The position numbers and the translations under genes are program-made. A stretch of DNA of 63,561 nucleotides, filler included, from Vannella sp. (taxonomy: Eukaryota), in assembly GCA_023345925.1 (NCBI GenBank). It is 7 parts of 7 records of this genome, joined end to end, with 100 filler letters (N's around TTAATTAATTAA, not from the genome) between each part and the next. Parts side by side here need not be neighbours in the genome. Positions count along the whole stretch, not along the records: positions 1 to 13,059 come from JAJQQN010001108.1; positions 13,160 to 27,223 come from JAJQQN010000879.1; 5 more parts are not named here. One strand, written 5' to 3'. Positions 12,723 through 23,900 of this stretch are shown here, one piece after another. The notes beneath the pieces are model-generated. The model was not told where the DNA came from and ran no database searches. It saw nothing but the letters and a program-made list of their open reading frames with translations. Each line of letters opens with the position of its first letter. Positions within the stretch are counted from its first letter, which is position 1.

Positions 12723-13059
12723 AGCCCTGGACCAGAGGTTACAATATAATAGCATTTGGATTCTTACGCCACTTTTGATTCCAATTTTGTGAGGCTGGTC
12801 GGCAAGGGAGGGTTTGGCTTCGAGTTAGGGTTTAAGGGATCGGAGCTTGTTCAAGGCTTGATATGGGATCCCTCTGAACTCAAGTCATCACGGGAGGGTA
12901 GGCTTATGCGTACAGCTTTGGACGTTCGGGGATGAAACTTCTGAGGCTCCAAGGAGAAGTGGTCGGCTCATGTCTCGAGGACTGCCGCCCTAGTCAAGAC
13001 GAGAATCAAGATCACAGGCAGGGCCCTTCCTATCTCCAACCTTGTCCAAACCTTTGGAG

Positions 13060-13159
13060 NNNNNNNNNNNNNNNNNNNNNNNNNNNNNNNNNNNNNNNNN
13101 NNNTTAATTAATTAANNNNNNNNNNNNNNNNNNNNNNNNNNNNNNNNNNNNNNNNNNNN
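13060..13159. other. Artificial contig spacer
   Basis: N-run + TTAATTAATTAA (stops in all frames) + N-run, 100 nt. Confidence 0.98.
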
Positions 13160-13204
13160 CTTCAGGATAAGCTTTTGGAGTGATTTCATTTTTTCACTTT
13201 TTGG
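13160..13204. repeat. 45-bp direct repeat, copy 1 (contig edge); copy 2 at 19599-19643
   Basis: CTTCAGGATAAGCTTTTGG(AG/GC)TGATTTCATTTTTTCACTTTTTGG, 2 mismatches between copies. Confidence 0.9.
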
Positions 13205-13542
13205 ATGTTTGAGGACCCAAACAAGGGGAAATGCCCTCGCCACTCGTGACTTCTCTCAAGGAACCAATTATCTGTTGTACGATTGGCACTACTCATAATA
13301 TTGCTTAGCACAGCAAACAAGGATTCAGGAAATACAAATTGATGGAAACTAGTCTTCCCATTTCAGGTAGGCTTCCCGAGACTCAAAGAAGATGAGCTCG
13401 ATCTCCATCGATTATTGATATTGGCAAATTCTAATAAAGAACAAATTTCACCAGATCTTTATCTGAAAGTCGCAGATCATTTTGAGTGCCCTCGTGCAAG
13501 TTTCTCTTATCGCTGGCTGGATCCGCTTATCGCCATCCAGAC

Positions 13543-16477
13543 ATGGAGATGACCACCGTAACGAAGCTAGAAGACCCTCTTCAGCTCACTGATTGTGATA
13601 CTCAGCAGTTGGAGTTCATAGGAGCGATCCAAGACACTGGTTCTGTTGTCGTTGTTCGAAACGGGTCGATGGAGGTGTTGGCCTATTCAGCCAACGTAGG
13701 GGACGAAAGGTGGGCATCAAGGGCTCCTGAAATAGGTACTTTGACTCACTCACATCCTTGCACTGTGCCACTAACACATGGGGCCTTCAGGGGAGGATCT
13801 GCGGAACATTCTGGTCGATCCTTCCTTTGTCGATGATACTCTCATCGGCTTGGTCCAAGAGATGATCGTCAACCGGATGCAAAGGACCTTTACTGCTTTG
13901 TTCATTGACAATCAGCACTTCAATGTGTCTATCTGCACCGCAGGGCCTGATGCTTTCCTCCTGGAGTTTGAAGAAGACTTGGATACCTCTCGAAGCAACC
14001 GCAACGAGCTTGCACAGCAGCTCACTGCGATTGGACGGATCCTCCAAGAGAAGCTCCCAGAAGACGACGATCCCAGGGACACAGGGGAGTTAACTCTTGA
14101 CACAGCGAGGAAAGCGTGCGATGTTGTGATGAAGCTGACGGGTAACTTTGAGCGCGGGATGGTGTATCGCTTTAAAGACGATCTATCAGGCGAAGTGCTC
14201 TACGAGGTGAAGAAGGAGGGCATCCCAACTTCCTACGCTGGCATGCGCTTCCCTTCTGGGGATATCCCTCAGTCTGCTCGAGAGCTCTACATCACGAACG
14301 GTCTACGTTACATCTTCAACGTGAACATCGCCCCTGTGGATATCCTCAGCGCACCAGGCGTGTCTATTGACTTGTCCCACTGCCGAATGCGTGCTGTTGC
14401 AGTCCCACACATCGTCTACCTTCAGAACATGGGGGTTGTGTGCTCCATGAGTGTTTCAATCGTTGTAGAGAATCAACTGTGGGGTCTCTTGGCGTTCCAC
14501 GGCTATTCAGAGCCTTTTCGACCTGGTCTCCATCAGAGAATTGCTTTCGAGACTGTCTCTCGCATGGTATCCATCCGTATTGAGTCTCTCATGAAGCGGG
14601 AGAAGAGTGCACGTCTTGTTAAGCTAGCCCACTTGCTTTCTCTCGTTCAACAAGAGCTTCCGGCAGAATTCATTTGCCGTCGTCACCAGGAAGTCTGTGA
14701 CATACTCCGGGCTGATGCAATCGCCTTCAAGAAAGGACCGAACATATACTTCTTTGGGGAGGATGCTTCGCTGCGCCCTGGAGATGACTTTTGGGACTCC
14801 ATGATCAAATATCCTTTCAAAACGGACCTTCTCTTGGTCTCTACGCGCAGCCAGACCAAGCGTTTGGGCCTTCGTGATCCCTGTACAGCATCGGGATTCA
14901 TCTACTTCCAACAGAGTGACCTCCAGTTTGCAGCTTTGCGCACCGTCCGGACCAAGGATGTCTGCTGGGGAGGTCCCCCAGACCAGCCAAAGCTTCAGAT
15001 AGGCGACATTCTTCACCCCCGTAAATCATTCGAATCATACATGGAAAAGGCACATACAGAGTCCAAGGCGTGGTCCAAGTCAGACATTGAAGTGACAACA
15101 ACTTTCAAGGATCAGATTGTGGCTTGCATCCGCTCTGAAGCTCTTAACACACTTAATTATGACTTAGAAACGTCGAATGAAAGGTGCGCTGAGGCTTTTC
15201 GACTCTCTGCTCGAAACTACGAGTTCTTTGCTCAGATGTCTCATGAACTACGAACACCCTTCCACGGCGTTATGGCCTGCTTGGAGATACTCCAAAAAGT
15301 TGGTCACGATCCTGTGGAACGTGAGGAGGCCATAAGAATTGCGTTGCGTTCCGGACGGTCGATGATGACTGTTTTGAACGATATACTAAGTGCAGCGAAG
15401 AACAAACACGGACTAGAGCTCAACGAAGTTGAATTTCTGCCTAGTGAGTCGTTTAACCAAGTCACTGAGGTTATGCGAGCCTTTGCTGAGTCGGGACACA
15501 AACAACTCGTTGTCAACATGGCAGGCTCTCAGTTGAAGGAGAAATGGGTTCAAGCTGATCGACTCAAGTTCGAGCAAGTCACTTCAAATCTCATCAACAA
15601 CGCCATCAAGTTCACCCAAGAGAATGGGGTTGTTAGGGCTTCTATTCATCTTTTCGGGAGTTTGAGAGAAGTAGAAGTGCGATGGAAAGAGCGCGCGTCT
15701 ACTTTCCAATGCTCGACAGAGGTAGTGGAGCCAAAGAGTGCAAATAAGGATGACCGAGTCTGGATGAGCGTGGAAGTGGAGGACACTGGCCTCGGCATTC
15801 CCTCAGACGAGATTGAGGACATCTTTCAAGCATACGTTCAGGCCTCTTCAGGTGTTTCAAAAACGCATCAAGGCACTGGTCTTGGATTGCATATCTGTTC
15901 AGAGCACATCCGAAAGATGTCTGGTCTTTTCCGATGCGCCAGCGCTCAAGGAAGAGGATCCTTATTCTTCTTTTCCATTCCTGTTGGAGACCAAACACAA
16001 AAAGAAGTCATCCACTCACATTCGAGACAGTCATCGGTTCATAATAAGATGATTGAGGTTGGCATCCTTGAGAACTTAGTGGAGCACATCCTTATTGTGG
16101 AGGATAACAAACTGAACTTGAAGTTAGCTTGCCGGAAAGTGTCTCTTTTGGTCCCAAAGTCCACTGTGCATTGTGCTTTGGATGGGAAGCTAGGATATGA
16201 ACTTTTCCTTGAGCTTCATAGCCTCAAAACAGTGCCCAAGTTAATACTGATGGACTATCACATGCCAATTATGTCTGGGATTGAGTCTATCCGTCTCATT
16301 CGCCAATGGGAGCTAGAGAAAAGCATTCAAGAGCCCGTATGGATCTGCTGCTTTACTGCTGATCTATCAGAGTTCTCTAAGCAAGAAATCCTTCTTGCTG
16401 GGGCAAATTCCTTCCTCTCTAAGCCATCCCCTCCCGGAGAATTGGAAGAGAAGATCCGAGACGCCCTCATGAACTGA
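13543..16477 (+). CDS. Phytochrome, bacteriophytochrome/fungal-type hybrid kinase (PAS-GAF-PHY-HisKA-HATPase-REC); intron 13736-13790
   Basis: N-terminal LTDCDTQQLEFIGAIQDTG; GAF MVYRFKDDLSGEV, GMRFPSGDIPQSARELY, RAVAVPHIVYLQNMGV; PHY WGGPP...HPRKSF; MSHELRTPFHG; NLINNAIKFT; DTGLGI; GTGLGL; REC ILIVEDN, LMDYHMP, FLSKP. The 55-nt GT...CTAAC...CAG intron joins the two ORFs in frame. Confidence 0.93.
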
Positions 16478-16576
16478 TTGCTTCTTGCGTGACCTCCTCA
16501 GCCTGCTGGGGCTGACCTATAGGACCGCTCACTTACACACATAACAAAGGAGAGCTTGGAAGCCCCAATGATTGAA

Positions 16577-17360
16577 TCAATTAGGGTTTAGTGTTGAGGG
16601 TTTAGTGTTTAGTAGCTCAAGACCACAAGTTGTCCTCAACGATGCGGGATTGCTTCTTGGGGGCGTCAGGAATGTACATATAAGTGTTGTAGCCGTGGGA
16701 GTTGTTGTTGCGAAGCAACCGGAAAAGTAAAAAGGCAGCCCACAGCTGGACCATCTGCAGTACCCTCTGGGTGAGAAGAAAGACTCGAGAGGAACGCGAA
16801 GATCCTCCCAGAACTCGGAGAACTGGCTCACCGAGAGAATGCCAGAGAGGGCGACCAGGGCCACGTGAAGGTTTGCGCGACGGAGCTCTATCAGCATGTA
16901 AACTACGTATACGAAGCGTACACAAACGTGAATGAACATGAGACAGAGATACTAGCTTGGGGTGAGTCCAATCGGTCTCATCTTTCTTGCTCCTAAGTGG
17001 GAGGTGCTCCTCTTACAAAGATAACGACAGGACGGAAGAGAAAGTGGAAGACGATGATGCCTCCTATACAGAACAAACACTCCAGACTGTTCCAGACGAC
17101 TGTGAGGTAGAAGGCACCCTCATGTTCTCCATCAGGAGGCTTGTGCGTGGCTGTTAAGGTCAGTGTCAGCAAGGCTAAGACCTAAGCAACCAAAGCCGAA
17201 AAACTTAGTCACTGTCCAGCAACAGGAGCTCCCTTCGCAAGGATGAGGCCCCATAAGAAGCGCGTACCAGCTGTACCGTGAACATGACCTTCTCTGAGAT
17301 CTTAAGCTCATAGAAGTCATCGCGGAACTCCTCTTGACAGATAACTTTGAAGATAGGCAT
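16577..17360 (-). CDS. Hypothetical multi-exon membrane protein (boundaries approximate)
   Basis: Hydrophobic exon-like segments (GAFYLTVVWNSLECLFCIGGIIVFHFLF; MFIHVCVRFVYVVYMLIEL) separated by GT..AG stretches; three CCAAT boxes upstream. Confidence 0.4.
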
Positions 17361-17534
17361 TGCAGAGGCACACAGACGACGGCAGAGCGCTAGAAGTGCA
17401 AACCACTAGCAGAGTCACCCCAGGATATGATTTATTGTCGGCCCATTAATTTCTTGGACTCAGCGTTGTCTTTCGAAAAAGTGAATGAATGCTTAACTCG
17501 TGGACCTTCTCTTTGTACGAAAATCGGAGTTGTG

Positions 17535-17591
17535 ATTGGTGGAGACCGGATTTACCTGTGATTGGCTGATTTGTCCCCTCGCCCTGATTGG
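17535..17591 (-). promoter_or_regulatory. Three CCAAT boxes at exact 26-bp spacing
   Basis: TGATTGG cores with ATTGG at 17535, 17561 and 17587. Confidence 0.6.
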
Positions 17592-17894
17592 CATCTGACA
17601 GTCGGTATCCTCCATATCCTTCATTTGCAATCCGACCCTGGATGCCGGAGGAGAATGGCGCGCTGATTGCTACTTATGTTCTTGGCGCATCCCTGAACCA
17701 CACTTTGCAACACGATGTTCTGAGGCCATTCTGATTTTGATTGATGTTCAGTTATCCCTCTCAACGGCGCTCAGACGGAAAAGGACTCCGTCCTATTGGA
17801 CTTACAAGACTCATGGCAAAAGAGAAATTCTTCCAATGATGCCGGCGGCCTTCTCTGTCCAGGAAATGACAATATAGCCGGTTCATTAAATAAG

Positions 17895-19415
17895 TTAGTC
17901 ATTAGAAGGTGTTGCGTTTCGAAGGCGTTGGCTGAGGAAGAAGCTGAGGAAGCCAGCGAAGACGCAGAGGCACAAGTTGAGGGCAAAAGTTATTCCAAAG
18001 CAGAGGGAACCGTGGCAGTACCCAGTGGCATCAGCATGGGACTCATAAAGTTGACCAGCAAGGAGGGAGGCAATGAAAAGAGTGCTTGTACCGGGGGCAA
18101 TGCCAATCAGGGCGAGATTCGTGCCAAAGTGTTTTTGGCCAAATGTTGTCAAAACGATATTCGGGAAGATGCAATAGACTCCCCCATAGCCTATTCCCAC
18201 GAGAATACTCCCTATCCAGAAGTAGCCACTGTTAGAAGTGACTAAAAAGAAGAACTTAATGGGACAGTTAGGACTCTACTTAAAGGAGACTTGGAACCTA
18301 CTTGAGAGAGTGCCATGACGACGGATACAACACCAAGAAACTCTACTTTGGAGACTTTGTGCGCATAATGGTCGCTAAGATAGCCAAAGAGCAGTCGGCC
18401 ACCGCAGTTGGCAAGGGAGAGATAGAAGATGAGGATGTTCTGTTCACCGTTCTTGCCTCCCGCAGAGATAACCATCGAACCCAAGTTTACAATAGCAGTT
18501 GCTCCACTCCCTGTCAAGATAAAGATGATTCCAACCAATAGCCAAAAGTCAGTAAGTCTGAATAGTTGGGAAGGAGACATTTGCAGGCCTTCTGCACTGA
18601 TATCACCCGCTGTAGAGTTATCTTGGTGAGGTTTTGGAGCATCAGGAGCGGTAAAAACACCAAGAATACCCAAAGAAATGGTGACAACTCCCATAAACCC
18701 GAAGAACCCAATGATATCGGGTTGATAGAACGCCCTATAAAGCTGCGTCCATACTGCTGCAGCCTAGATTGACGTGAGTAGTGGGTATGAGAGTATTCTG
18801 AACGGGAAGTGACGAACCAGTCCCAAGGCACTCAAGATAACTCCCATTATGAAGCCCCGACGGGCAGGCCCGTACACATTCGAGAAGGACAGGCCTGCAT
18901 AGTACATGCTCGAGCTTCCAACGCCTTCTAGATAGAAGAGAGCACAGATAAGAGCGTGGCTACCTGGCAGAAAGCCCCTCCCGCACAACCACAATGCGAA
19001 GTAAGCTGTTCCAGAGCATCCTACGGACTACCAGGCGGTGTCAGAAGGAGGAGAACCGCAACAGTAGGTGAGGTTACCAGCAAAGCGACCATCTTTGGCC
19101 CGTAGCGATCGTTTACGATCCCCGAAATGAAGGAGATACCTGTTGCAAGCTTCTGACAACTCGCGAGCTGATCAGGGAGTGAGAGAATGCAACACAGAGG
19201 AACTTGTACGAACGATGTTCACTTCAGTTTGTGAGAAACCGAAGCGATCTCGCAAAGGAGGACCGAAAAGAGCAAAGAGGTACACCGTCCCTTCGAGTTG
19301 TCAGCCCCACACCTTCCCAAAGTCAACACCAACCTGCACTAAGCATTAGCACACATGCTAGGGTGATCGAAAGCCACCGCGGCCGCTCTGGTTTCGCAGT
19401 CTGGAGATCATCCAT
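17895..19415 (-). CDS. MFS transporter, Mch1/nodulin-like (OFA family), multi-exon; extra 5' exons up to about 19628 are possible
   Basis: PRWLSITLACVLMLSAG, GTVYLFALFGPPLRDRFGFSQTEVN, FRLTDFWLL, SLANCGGRLLFGYLSD, GIGYGGVYCIFPNIVLTTFGQKHFGTN. Confidence 0.85.
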
Positions 19416-19662
19416 GTTGGTTCTGAAGGAGCACCAGCAAATGGCCCTGTTGCATCATTCTATGATTTAACTTCCATTGCGTATCAGCGCTCCACCAGAA
19501 CATGATACGAACGAGAGAATCCAGCAGGGAAGGGGAAGAGGAAGAGGAAGAGGTTCCAAAACTCGTGTTTGCGTAGGTTACCCTGATGACCTCCATCTCT
19601 TCAGGATAAGCTTTTGGGCTGATTTCATTTTTTCACTTTTTGGTCACGCTCGGACGGTTCTC

Positions 19663-19699
19663 TCAAACAACCAATCACAGCCCCTGATTGGTTGTTTGA
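19663..19699. promoter_or_regulatory. Perfect 15-bp inverted repeat carrying two opposed CCAAT boxes in a bidirectional promoter
   Basis: TCAAACAACCAATCA-cagcccc-TGATTGGTTGTTTGA between the divergent MFS and MAT1 genes. Confidence 0.7.
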
Positions 19700-19723
19700 A
19701 ACGAGAGCATCAGATCCCCTGAG

Positions 19724-20625
19724 ATGGCATTTAGAGAACGTTCATTTTCAATGGAGAAGTTGCTGGAGCCAAACAGCAACGCGCTGAGGAAGGAAGTCCT
19801 CGCCGTTTACAACAAGACGCGGGACCAGTTTGAAAACAGTGACAAGGGCGATAGAGAGTATGATGACTACTTGGAGGAGATTGAGGACTTGAGTAAGCGG
19901 AAGGTGCTGGTAGCAGGGGAAGTGGCGGGCTGACTCTTTTCGGGTAGTTTTCAACTTGGAGCAAAAGATTGACGTCGAAGAGACACGCAAGAAGATAGGG
20001 AGATACCGAGACACCAACTCGGGCATGATTGCAGCGCTGAGTGAGAAGAGGAAGGCCCAAATGCTCGAGGTACGATCGCACTTCGCCCTCCCCTGTCTAT
20101 ACAGGGGCTAACAAGCCCTCTGAGATAGACAGAACAAGCTATTGTGACAGAATTAGCAAGTTTCAGGTCAAGGTTGGAGAAGTACGCAATGCAGGACAGA
20201 GAAGAGGCTGAACTTGCGGATCTCAAGCAGCTAGTGGAGGTGGACGTGGCATCAGGCAGCTCAGGAAGGAAGAGGAGGAATGAGATTGCCGAAACAGAGG
20301 GCAAAATACTGAAGAGGAGGAAGAAATTAGACGATAGCAAAGCAACTGAAACGGACAACAAACAAACGCTCGTCCTCAACGATGATTATGATAGGTTACC
20401 AACGCCAAAGCCTCTACCACCAGTGAACTCTTCTATAGCGTACGTTTCAGTGTCTGAGAAGGGAGCCAGAAACTGACTTGTTGAAATAGCACTTCGGGTA
20501 TGTCCCAAGATGCTCTCTTGAAGGAGCGGAAGACTGTGGCAGGCTCCTCTTCCAATTGGATTATATCTGGACTGATTGCAGAGATGTTTTCCAGCCTCAG
20601 GGATGACTACTTCCACTCCCGCTGA
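19724..20625 (+). CDS. MNAT1: CDK-activating kinase assembly factor MAT1-like (TFIIH), 4 exons, no N-terminal RING seen
   Basis: LRKEVLAVYNKTRDQF...REYDDYLEEIEDL then FNLEQKIDVEETRKKIGRYRDTN match the MAT1 central domain; last exon ends AEMFSSLRDDYFHSR*. Confidence 0.75.
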
Positions 20626-20918
20626 TCCACAAAGATCCCCTCCCCGCCCGCTCGTGACCAAGCTCACTCATTGGCTGTTGGAGACGAACGCCTCCCCTCC
20701 AGTGGGCACTTGGATATAGACAACTAAACGATGTTCCAAACCTTCTGCTCAGTGTCCACGAAGGAGATCTCGAAAGGGGCCGAAAAAGCCAATATCTGAA
20801 AACATATAATATTCCCTTTCCAACCATTGGCAAGCGATTGTGAGGGGATTTTTCATTCAGGACCTCCCAGGATAGCGGTCTTCCCAAGTGTCAGTTTTCC
20901 CTCTCCTGTTGTGTGGTG

Positions 20919-23900
20919 ATGACGCACCCTTTGTTCTCGAGGATGGATGGGAGGACTCACGGGAACTGGGCCTCACTTTCCAGCTCAGAGATGATGGAGC
21001 TGTACGAACCCCTGCTGAAGGAGGAAGAGGAGAAAGGGTTGGTTTTGAAGTACCATGACCAAAGGGAGTTGCCTCCCCTCTTTCACCCTGTTTTCTGGGA
21101 TGGAGTACCACCAGACAGACTTGTGGAGCAGTTTAGCAGGGACAACTTCCAGATGATGTGGAGTGGAGATCAGAGTCCCTCGCCCCCAGGCAGTGAGGAC
21201 ACTCCCTTCTTGCTGTTTTGTGTCGCAAGGCAACTCAAGTCCTTGATGAATCATCGAATGCCTCCGTGGACCGGTGGGGAAGGCAACCACCTGTCAGACA
21301 TGCCCACCGTTGCCCAAGAAGCGGTTTTGGCGCTCTTCAACAGCTTTGCTCTCTCCAGTCGACTTCGAAAGGGGGCCTTGTCAAGCCTCAAGCTCTCAGA
21401 AAGTCACTTTCCAGCATTGACAGTCGTGATGGCATCAGAGTGCTCTGGTCTGGGCGAGATCCTTCGATCCTTTCAAGCTGCCATCACCCAGGACTGCGGT
21501 GAGGACGTTTGGAAGCAGTGCTTGGCCGCATTACATCATTTGGTCTTGCGGAATGGACATCTCTCTGCTTGCCTCTCCACCCCAAACAAAGGAGAAGCAA
21601 CTCTTCCTGCGCTTCCCCGCCTCTTCCAGCTGGGACAACTGGCCGCTTTGAATATGAGCTCTTCAGGTGATCATGTGAAGGACAGCCTTGCAAGGGCACT
21701 GTTGGAATGTACTGCAACAATGGCCCAGGTCATGGGGCGGTCAGATGGTCCTTCTTCTGGCGAGTGCTTGGTGCTTGGTCTCGACTTGCCACATTCAGAG
21801 ACTTCCCCTCAATTCACTGTTGTGGAGGAGACAAAAGGAATGGATCTGATGGATGTGAGAGCAGGCAATGAGTGCTTGTTCGTCTTGGATGTGAACGGAG
21901 CGCTTTGGGCTCGTGGGAGCTGTGAAGGAGGGCGGCTTGGTCTGCGCACCAAAACCAATCAATCTGCATTCGGTAGGCTATTGCTGAAGGTGCCAATTGA
22001 GAGCTTTGATGCGTCCAGATTTGGAGGAGGCCACGGAATTGCCATTGACAAGGAAGGATCACTTTGGACTTGGGGACATGGAGAGCACGGACAGCTGGGC
22101 CATGGACAAGTGCAATCCATTTATCTACCAAAGCGGATCGTTTCGCTTGACAATCATCGGTTTGTTCAAGTGGCCTGCGGTGACTGTCACTCACTTGCGC
22201 TCTCTGAGAGTGGTCATGTCTTCAGTTGGGGAGATGATAGCCTTCGACGAGAGACTCCTGCACTCTCTCCTATTCTTGTTGAGGGAATCGAACAAATCTC
22301 AGGTGTCTTTGCTGGTGCTCACCACTCATTCGCTGTTTCTGAAGGTTCAGAAGGTGCTGTGTGGGGATGGGGATCCAACTCCCACTCTCAGCTCTGTGGC
22401 TCATCACAGATTCAAGTCTCTTCGCCGAAAGCGCTGCTGCAGGGACTGAACATACGCCAAATGGCAGGAGGAGCAACTCACTCGTTGGCTCTCACAAGAA
22501 AGGGCGAAGTGTTCTTCTTTGGAACGCTCAATGGCATGAAAAGGTCAGAGCCTTTGCAAGTGAATGGTTTGGACTTGATACCAATTGCTCACATTGCTGC
22601 CGGACTTGAGAGTTGCATTCTAATCTCTCAGCCCTTGGATGTTTACGTTTGGGATCCTTATGGTGATGAAGAGCCAATCAGAGAGCCAAATGCATTGGAG
22701 TCGCAAGTGAAAGGCATTCAACAGGCGATTTTGTCAAAGGACCTGGCAATCTTGACCACTCTCTCACCAAGACATCGGAAACCCACAAATCCTTTGTCAA
22801 AAGAGCTCTGCTCATTCAGTTCTTCTCATCTGAATGAGTTTCTGGGACAGTGTCTATCAATGTGGGGAACAGCTAATGATGGGCTTCAATTGCACACACA
22901 AATCGCGTTATTGGCCGTTGTGAGGGTCACTCTGTCACTAACAAAAGTGTCTGGAACAGCTATTGATCCCCAAATGCAGTTGCTGATCCAAAAAGTGATC
23001 TCATTGTTCCTTCTTCAGAGAAACATTGATTACCAGTCCAGTTTGATCTGCAAATGCATTTTGCGAGAAAGCTGGATGGTGATTTGGTCTGACTTGCCTT
23101 CTCGCATTGCTTTGGTCACTGAAATGCTTTTAATGTATGCTAATGCTGATCTAACTGAAGAAGCTTTGCAGTTGCTCACTCAGGTCACTGAAAGCTTGAT
23201 CCACTCCAACCAATTTGCATCCCACCTGGGAATTCATGGCACTCCCACCTCTTCTGGAAGCTCAGACTTATTGGGTATCTTTGAGAGCCTTCTTGAGGGA
23301 ATTCATCGACATTTACTCTCTTGTGCCTCAGATTCTCCAGCTCATTTCTTGGTTCAGATGCTTTCCTACCTCGTCACAAGACTGATTGGGACTGTTGCTA
23401 GTTTCATCGAAGACCATCCGCTGGAATCTGTTTGCTTCAAAGTTGTCACTTTGTTGACCAGACAGGTCATTGAGATAATCAATTGTGACAATGAGGATTT
23501 CCCTGATCCAAACAACATGCTTGAGTTGGTAGAAATCTGGCTAAACACGATTCTGGCTCTGCATTTAGTCAGAAGAAAGGTTTTGTCGCTGCTTCGAGCC
23601 CAAATCATTGAAGTCATGATTCTTGCTGCAGAAGAGGGTCCTCGGAAGCGCGTTGATGTTGCTAATTTGGCGGCTTCTTTGTTGGGGGAGATGCATTCTC
23701 GGTCTCTTGTTCCGCAGTACGATCCAGATGGTGACGATACTCGATCATTGATGTCCTCTCTTCTCTTTTCTCATGGAATGGAGACTCGCACTGATCTTTG
23801 CGAGAGAGATGTCTCTCTTCGTCAGTTCTTCCAAGCAGGAGACTCGATGAATCGATCATATTCTTGCATTGAAGCATTTGCTCATCAGCAACTACTTTTG

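Noticed and set aside
13104..13115. Recurrent TTAATTAATTAA flanked by N runs (six times)
   Set aside because: Artificial stop-in-all-frames linker used to concatenate contigs; not a biological repeat or CRISPR.
13543..16477. Bacterial contaminant origin for the phytochrome and other prokaryote-like genes
   Set aside because: The phytochrome has a spliceosomal intron and shares a contig with MAT1 and a HERC-like gene; CrtW abuts Piezo. Only the last contig (58499-63561) shows no intron I could confirm, so its origin is less certain.
19529..19552. GGAAGA microsatellite
   Set aside because: Short simple repeat with no further structure.
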